The notes under the pieces: generated by a model
Told to the model about the DNA's origin: nothing
The model's database searches: none
What the model saw: only the letters and a program-made list of their open reading frames with translations
Position numbers and translations under genes: made by a program
Shown: positions 57,208 to 64,000 of the stretch, piece after piece
How the letters are laid out: each line of letters begins with the position of its first letter
Numbering within the stretch: position 1 is the first letter of the stretch
NCBI GenBank assembly: GCA_051294375.1
Contig: CM119265.1
Span: 20,742,221 to 20,806,220 of the forward strand
DNA from: Paraspadella gotoi
Taxonomy: Eukaryota; Animalia; Chaetognatha
Reading direction: 5' to 3'
DNA length: 64,000 nucleotides

Positions 57208-58465
57208 ATGTCGAAAGGGTAAGTTTCACCGGACCATTGACGCAAAACTTTTAAAAACCAATAAATGATTGATTAATAACAATTAATTAAAAAGTCTTTC
57301 CTCTATGTTTCTTCGATAAAATTCGTGAATGTCCTTTCAGATTTAGCTGGATGATTTTGTTGTATTTGATTTTGGGGATTGCCAAGGGACAAGATATGAT
57401 TCCCAACCAGTTACTGTGGAACATTTTAAGGTCAGTATTATTCCCTCGAAATAAATTTCAAACAACACCAACACTTGCAATTGTAACTTGTTTCTAAATA
57501 CGTTAACCACCCGACAGTAAAATGCTTGATATAAAAAGCATTGAGAAACAGTTTATACTTAAATAAGCCAAGAGAGTAAATAAGATTCTTAAACCTGAGG
57601 ACTTATCAGAGCTAAACAGCAATAAAGTATGTATCATTTTTTAGTTGCCAAAGTATTTTTTTTTCAGAAACACAATACATTAAAAAGCCTTTTAATATTT
57701 TAGCTACACTTTTTCCTTTTTATAGAAATTTTAGAATATAAATACCTACCATGATAAATGATGAAAAACTTAGTTTTATTTTTTTCTCTTTATTTTTTGA
57801 TTCACAACAAACTATTGTTTACAGGTCAAATCCTGAGTCTGCCCTAAGCGACGTCGATTATCAAAACCAAATTCAGGAGAGAACAGAAAAGGAAATGCTG
57901 GTCAACGAATTTCTTCGTGAGTAAACAAGGAAAACACCCAATCTTTACGACCTCGCGGTGGTTCGAGGTTTTGGGGTCAAAGGTCGCATGGGAGGGAGCG
58001 AGGGTCTCCTTACATAAATGTGGCTAATATTACGTGGTTTTTGGTGAAAATTAAATAGCAGGGTGCTCAAGGAATTTGTTATTTAATTTTAGTCGTTTAT
58101 GTACATATTTTGTATAATGAAGAAAATTATTTCTTTGTTTTAAACTTTTAATTCAAGTGTTTTATGAACACGATACGAAAATTAAAAAAGTATAAAAAAA
58201 CCCTTTCACAGTTTGGCTCATAAAGTCGGCCAACGGGTCGCCGACATTTTCGGGTCGTCCGACCGCAGATTGGCTCATTGAGGCGAAGAAACGCGGGAAC
58301 GGGCCAACTAGTCGCGAGCAGGCCTCTGGCAAACAACAGGTGGAGGCAGCCAAACGCGGACCTGGCGACCCCAAGTTTTTGGTGGCGCACTCGGATTTTG
58401 GTGGGCGGATCATCAAAGGGGCCTCTGGAGGAAAACACGGGCAAAATTTCATGTGGGGAAAATAA
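57208..58465 (+). CDS. Neuropeptide/peptide-hormone precursor-like secreted protein (148 aa) ending in an amidation signal
   Basis: Exons 57208-57218, 57341-57430, 57825-57916, 58212-58465 join in frame (phases 2,2,1) at canonical GT-AG sites. Signal peptide MSKGFSWMILLYLILGIAKG; KKR and KR sites; ends GGK-HGQNFMW-GK*. Confidence 0.8.
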
Positions 58466-58921
58466 AATTGTTGACAAGTGTTCAAGTTACGATATAAATT
58501 TATTATGAATCAGAGTTTACCCAGTCGAATTTCTCTTTTTGCCTGTTTTATTTATAATCTTATGTCGCTCGCGAATGACGAAATACACAAAAAATAGTGG
58601 GCACAACATCAGTATTTCTAAAATTTGAAAGCATTCAACATAAATAGATAAATAGAAAGTTTAATAAAATGATTTCACCTAGATAGTTTAAACAACTTTA
58701 AACTGTTCCAAAATTAAAAATATGAAATAAGGTCCTAAATGTTGTCTTAGGTAAGGAAAAAAAGGAAGTTAAAAAAATATTAGGCAAAATCGAAAATATT
58801 ATACTAAAACTAGCCATTAGGGTGGAGTGATGAAAAGATTGAGCGATGGAACAATATTTTTTTGCTGCCTTTGTATATGTAATAAAAAATAATGAAGCAT
58901 TTTTTTTAAAAAAATTTGTAT

Positions 58922-59330
58922 AACAGTATCATTAATTGAATTTTTTTTATAGTAATATCCTTATAAAATCATAAAATTTTTAAATCATATTTTTTTAATT
59001 TTAAGAACAGTTTCGGATTCGCCGGAAAAACTGAAAAACTTTTGTAAAATATGTTACATGCTATTTTTAGGTTAAAGCTGCAAAAAATGACCAAAATGTT
59101 TCATCATATAATAGTTTCTACTACAAAGTATAAAAAAGTGGAAAATTTGACCTTTTTTTTGCATTTTTGATGCTGAAGACATTACAATTTTTAATAACAT
59201 ATTTTATATTTTTGATCTAACTTTTTATGAAGAATCAGAATCTTTAATAAAAATTTAAAAAAAATTATTTTGAAAATTTATGATTTTATAAGGATATTAC
59301 TATAAATATATTATAATTAATGATACTGTT
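58922..59330. repeat. AT-rich foldback/MITE-like inverted repeat, with a third diverged copy at ~59545-59645
   Basis: aacagtatcattaatt...tatagtaatatccttataaaatcataaa vs tttatgattttataaggatattactata...aattaatgatactgtt. Confidence 0.75.
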
Positions 59331-60500
59331 CCCCAAACAATATAAGCAAAATATTTTTTGTACTATCTATCATCATACTATCTCACGTCTAAATATCCTT
59401 GTATGTTCCCCAGTGCTCTACTCTACTAGCCATAGCTGATGAAATTTAAATGCTAATGTATACAACGTTAAAATAATCTATCATGAGTATAGATTATAGT
59501 ATTAAAATATTTTTTGTCAAAAATTAATTTTTCTGAGGGTACTAGCCTAATTAAAATTATTATATTACTATATAAAGAAAATAATTTTTTTTGAAATCTT
59601 AAATTTTTTTAATGGATTCTGATAGAGCATAAAAAGTTAAACAAGAAATTTAATTACAGCTTTTAAAAATTGTTACTTTTTCTTAGTAAAAATCTAAAAA
59701 ACTGATAAAATCATCAAAAAATGATGATGATGATAATTTTTTACATTTTACATTTTTACATTTTTTTTACTGGTTTTAAAATTTAAAATTTTTTTTATAA
59801 ATTTTTGGCCTTTCCTATCTATAAATAAATATTAAAAAAATAATTACTAGGGTATAGAGTCAGAATTTTTTTGTCCATTGAAAGTATACTTAAAAATGTA
59901 TAAATTTTCGTTTGAGCTGTACAGAGTGTGTACAATGTACACACTCTTAATTTTTGACTCACCCCATTGAGTGCGGCGACCCCTACTAAAACTTATGGGT
60001 AAGGCTGCCACAATAACCTAAAAGCAACAAAACCTTAAGCTTGCTTGGACTTGTTCCAGCTTTGCTATTTTGTTTCTTCCTCCATTCCTCTTCCTCCCGC
60101 CAGGATTCGCCTTCGACCAAAACATGTTCGCCTGGTCTCATCCGCCTCCCCCACTTCCTCAGTCCTTACCTTCCTGCGCCGGAAATAATGTCCGCGGTGT
60201 CCAATTCAATTTTTGGAGGAACCGTCTTCCTCGTGACGTGCTTTCCAAGCTTTTTGGCATAATATCCTTTCAAGATTATTAAGCATGGCTTTTGTCTTTT
60301 TATTTCCAGATAAAATGCTTTTATTTCGATCAAGGGATGCCTTTCCCTTTTTCGTCAACAAACGCTCCGGAAAAAGCGAGAAGACGCTGTGAAACGAAAG
60401 CCACGGAGCGATGATTGCGTCGTCTCTTGTTAGAGGGCGTTAAAAGCCCGCCTCGAACCCGTCCGGCCGTCCAAACCGGAATCGTCCCGTCGGCCTCATC

Positions 60501-60672
60501 ATGACGCCTCTGCTGTTGATCTTGGCGGCGCTGGCGACATTGCCTCGCCTTTCGAATCCCACGTCGACTCAGTGTCAAGGCCGTTACGTCTTCAACGCCA
60601 CCTACGGGATCATCTCTGACGGCGACGGCGAAAAATACCGAGAGAACGCTCAATGTGAATGGCTTATTCAAG
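60501..60672 (+). CDS. MEGF8: First coding exon of a MEGF8/attractin-family protein (signal peptide + start of CUB domain); the rest is not in the window
   Basis: MTPLLLILAALATLPRLSNPTSTQCQGRYVFNATYGIISDGDGEKYRENAQCEWLIQ followed by a phase-1 donor (g|gttaga). Resembles recalled MEGF8 CKGQRQVL..GFVTDGAGNYSVNGNCEWLIE. A CUB domain directly after the signal peptide favours MEGF8 over attractin. Confidence 0.65.
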
Positions 60673-61248
60673 GTTAGAAGCGTTTCTTCCTTTTTTTCCC
60701 CCGAAAAATCGGACTTTTCATGTATTCGGCAAATATATCGTTTAACGAGACATAACATCTTGTCTACAGTAGAGTTGACTATGGACAACAATCCTTCAAT
60801 TAGTCGCTTACCCATATCTCTTTAAGTCGGCCCGTACCGATTTTGTTCTTTTTGAAGCCAAAAATTTATAAACGGATTGAGTCCGCGCTGTCGTTAATCG
60901 AAGACCGCGACTCATTGCTATGTCCTCCGCGTTGCCAAGTCGACTCAATTGATTTTTTAGCAGACGATGGTGGGGAAGTTGACACTTTGATAAAATATTA
61001 TCTTGAAACTTAACTTTAAAATAATAGGGTCCTATTTGCTTCTCAAAGGTATTTTGGTTTCGCGAAATATTTTGTTTATTTTATTTGGCTTTGGTTTGTT
61101 GCCGTCCGCAGAGTCAGCAAGAATCTGGCCGCAGTATTTCACAGGTTTCATTTCCTACTTTGTTGAAGGTTTGATTTTCCTGTTTTAAGGCGATAATCTC
61201 TTCACTTTTCATTCTTTATTTCTTTATTTATTAAACTCACAAAAATAG

Positions 61249-64000
61249 CTTAGGCAGAGCCAGCCTCCTAATTCAACGGATGGAAAGTCCAATCTAGTGG
61301 TGGAGGTCGAAGATAACGGCGCCGACGATGACCTTCGCGAAGACGTCAAAGACACCGTCGAGATTTTGGGTTATAACGACGCGGACACCCGGGACCAACT
61401 TGCAAAAAACCAGAAGAAAATCGCTGAAGTGTCCGAGTCCCTCAAGGAAAACATAGAATCCGTCGCGGAGCAGCTGACAGAAAAACACGAAGCGATCAAA
61501 GAGGAAGCTGCCGTCGTCAAGGCGACCGAAGAGGTCGCTTTGCGAAAGTTGGAAGAGAAAGAGAAACTAGTCGATAAAAGAAACGAAACGTTGACGGCCG
61601 TGGAGACGGTCGCCGCGAAGCAGTTGAGCAAAGATCGGGATAAGATTGAGAAGAATGCGGCATTGGTCGAGCAGCATCGAGTCGCCGCCTTGAAGGACCT
61701 CGAGAATGAACGGGAGAGAGTTAAGCAGGAAACAAAGGAAGTGGAGGCCGGCGTAAGAGTTGCCGAACGTAAGTTGGAAGAAGAAGGGGAGGATCTTGCC
61801 AAAAAGGCCGAGGTAATCGAAGCGGATAAAACGGAGGCTTTCGAGAAAATCGAAGAGGAAAGGGCAGAAGTTGAACGAGATCGGGAAGTGATCGATAAGG
61901 AAGCAAAGGAAAATCAAGAGAGAAACGAAGGAGAATTGCGCAAGCTAAATGAGACACGCTATGAATTGGAAAAAGAAAACGCCGCCGCCAAAGAGGACGA
62001 GACGGAGGCATGGCGAATGATCAACGATACTCTCCAACAATTAGAGGTTCAAGAGGCGGAGGCGGAGACGGGCAAGGCAGCCGTCGTAAAGAAACTCAAG
62101 GAAGAAAAAGAGAATCTCAAGTCGCGGGAGAAAAAACTCGAGGAGATGGCGTTAAAGATTTTCGCCAAGGCAAAAGAACAAAATGACAGGGAGAAGATGA
62201 TCGACGAGAAGCTGGCGCTCGCGCAGAAAATCGACAATAAGGATAAAAAAGACAATCCATTGGCGAAAAACGCCGAGTTGCGGGAGGTCAACCTCAAAGA
62301 GACCGAGGACGCTATTCGAGTGGAGAAAGAGGAACAGCGAAAAATACTGGAGGAACTCAACGCTGAGCTGGAAAAGCTTCGTTCTATGGAAAGGAGCATC
62401 TACCAAGATAGAGAAGAGCTGAAGGATGAACGAAAAAGCCTTGACGAGCAGAAGAAGCTCGATGCGAGTCTTTTGGCCAGCGTCGCTAAAAATGGAACTA
62501 AGGCCATCGCCGAGGTTCCCGGGAATTTTGACCTCCACGGAGGGACGTTTGGTGCCTTTGGGACCATCAGCGATTATGTTGACACAAATATTAACAATAT
62601 CTCCGCAAAAACGAACGTTGTAATGAAAGAAATCGGGGATACACATCAAGTCGTCGTCGACAGCGAGGGTAAACTTCTGCAAACGATGAAAAAACTCGAA
62701 GAGGAGAAAAAAAATCAGAGCAATATCCAAGCTCAGTTGGACGAAAAACTCAACACCATTTTAGAAATTGAAAAGCGATTGGAAATGAACAAAACGCAGG
62801 ACTTCAAGGAGTTCGGGATAAAGGAGGCAGCCCTGTTGGAAAGACAGAATAAGCTTTTGGAGTTACAGCAAACTATAGATCATAACGGGAAGGACGAGGA
62901 TAGGAAAGAACAAGAAATCGAGAAGAAGTTGCAAAGTATTGAAAACATGCAACAATTGATCGAAAACACGCTTAGGAATACCACCTCGTCCCTGGAAAAG
63001 ATTCAAAAGCTGAAATCAGAATTTGAGGAAAATGTGAAGCAAGTCGACGAAAAGCAAAAGGCGATGGAAGGGGCGAAGCAGGAACTAAAAGAAGCCGCAC
63101 TCACTATCACCGACGTTGGAACTAAATTAATTGAAAAACAGGGCCAATTAAAAAAACAAGAAGTGGACGCTTTAGATAATGTAAATTATTACGAGATAAA
63201 CATTTATAGCGTAATTGTAAAATTACGAGCTTATTATAATTATAAAGCTATATAGGAAAAAGTTTAAATTGTGATTCGGCAATGAATTTATTTAATAATA
63301 ATAAACGTTTATTATTATTAAAATAATTCATTGCCGAATCACAATTTAAACTTTTTCCTATGTCCCAAACGCAACGAAAAAAAAGGAAATTATAACAATT
63401 ATAAAGCTTGAAATTAGTTTTTAAAAAATCAGTATTTAATAATATTGTGGTCTCAGTAAATGAGGAACTAAATTTAATTCCGTTTTTCTGATTTGTGTTT
63501 TAGGTTGCTAAAATCGAAAAAAAAGAAACTGATCTTGCAAATGCTCTGGACGATGTAACTCAAGGGCTTAAAAAAGAAGAGAAAGAAAAACAGCGTGAAG
63601 AAATGAAATTAGAGAAGAAAAAGATGCAAATAAACGAAAAAGAGAAGGCAATTGTAGAAAAAGAACGTGTGCAAACTAGAAAGTCTGAAGTTATTGATGA
63701 AATTTTAAGCAAAACGGCCAAAATCCTAGATGAAAAAGTGAGGTCCATTACAGAGGCTGTGAGAAAAAATTTAAATAAAACTGTGGAAACGAAAAGTTAC
63801 AATGAAAAAAATTTAAATGGTACTTCTGAAGAAAATATCAGTACTGAGAAAAATAATCAAACGGTTTCTGAAACAGTAAAATCGAATGAAAATGCGACTA
63901 TGATTACAAGTATACAAATTAATAATGAAACTAAAGTTGAAATTTTGTTACAAAATAACTCAAAAAATGTGGCAAATAATTTAACGCCTCTTAATTATGA
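61249..64000 (+). CDS. Large Glu/Lys-rich coiled-coil protein, probably secreted and glycosylated; partial
   Basis: Open frame 61249-63180, donor gtaaat at 63181, acceptor tttag at 63503, and an in-frame exon from 63504 open to the window end. Heptad-rich, no Cys, many N-x-S/T sequons. 5' end unresolved; a signal-like stretch (NILFILFGFGLLPSAESA) lies at 61049-61144. Confidence 0.8.
63253..63360. mobile_element. 108-bp near-perfect palindrome (MITE-like hairpin) in an intron
   Basis: taggaaaaagtttaaattgtgattcggcaatgaatt ... aattcattgccgaatcacaatttaaactttttccta, with palindromic centre aataataataaacgtttattattatt; starts and ends with TA. Confidence 0.7.

Noticed and set aside
60040-60420. Possible minus-strand exon divergent from the MEGF8-like promoter (donor at ~60169)
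   Set aside because: No recognisable protein and no downstream exon found.
61294-62730. Minus-strand Ser/Phe-rich ORFs
   Set aside because: Antisense shadows of the Glu/Lys coiled-coil exon.

Overview
Eukaryotic (animal) genomic DNA: AT-rich short introns, CpG-rich exons, many (GA)n/(GAAA)n microsatellites and three N-gaps. The species cannot be determined from the sequence. Bases 1-16.4 kb hold no intact gene; they are a mosaic of indel-riddled inverted and direct repeats that may be assembly artefact. From 17 kb on I reconstructed spliced genes by hand from splice sites and exon phases. (1) A giant secreted protein of roughly 70 six-cysteine VWC/pacifastin-like modules (17081-35363, +), with a pair of apparently mutually exclusive exons and two alternative three-exon C-terminal cassettes. 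(2) A 28-exon, about 1478-aa PCDH15/Cad99C-like cadherin (53467-36096, -), with two GC-AG introns and a furin-site-bearing insert. Its introns hold a same-strand coiled-coil + H-type-lectin gene (51006-48358) and two related pre-miRNA-like hairpins (38341-38630). (3) EFCAB2/DRC8 (55433-56687, +). (4) A 148-aa, four-exon neuropeptide-like precursor ending in HGQNFMW-GK-stop (57208-58465, +), which the ORF track misses. (5) The first exon of a MEGF8-like CUB protein (60501-60672, +), followed by a large glycosylated coiled-coil ORF that appears nested in its first intron. Family assignments come from recalled motifs, not database searches.
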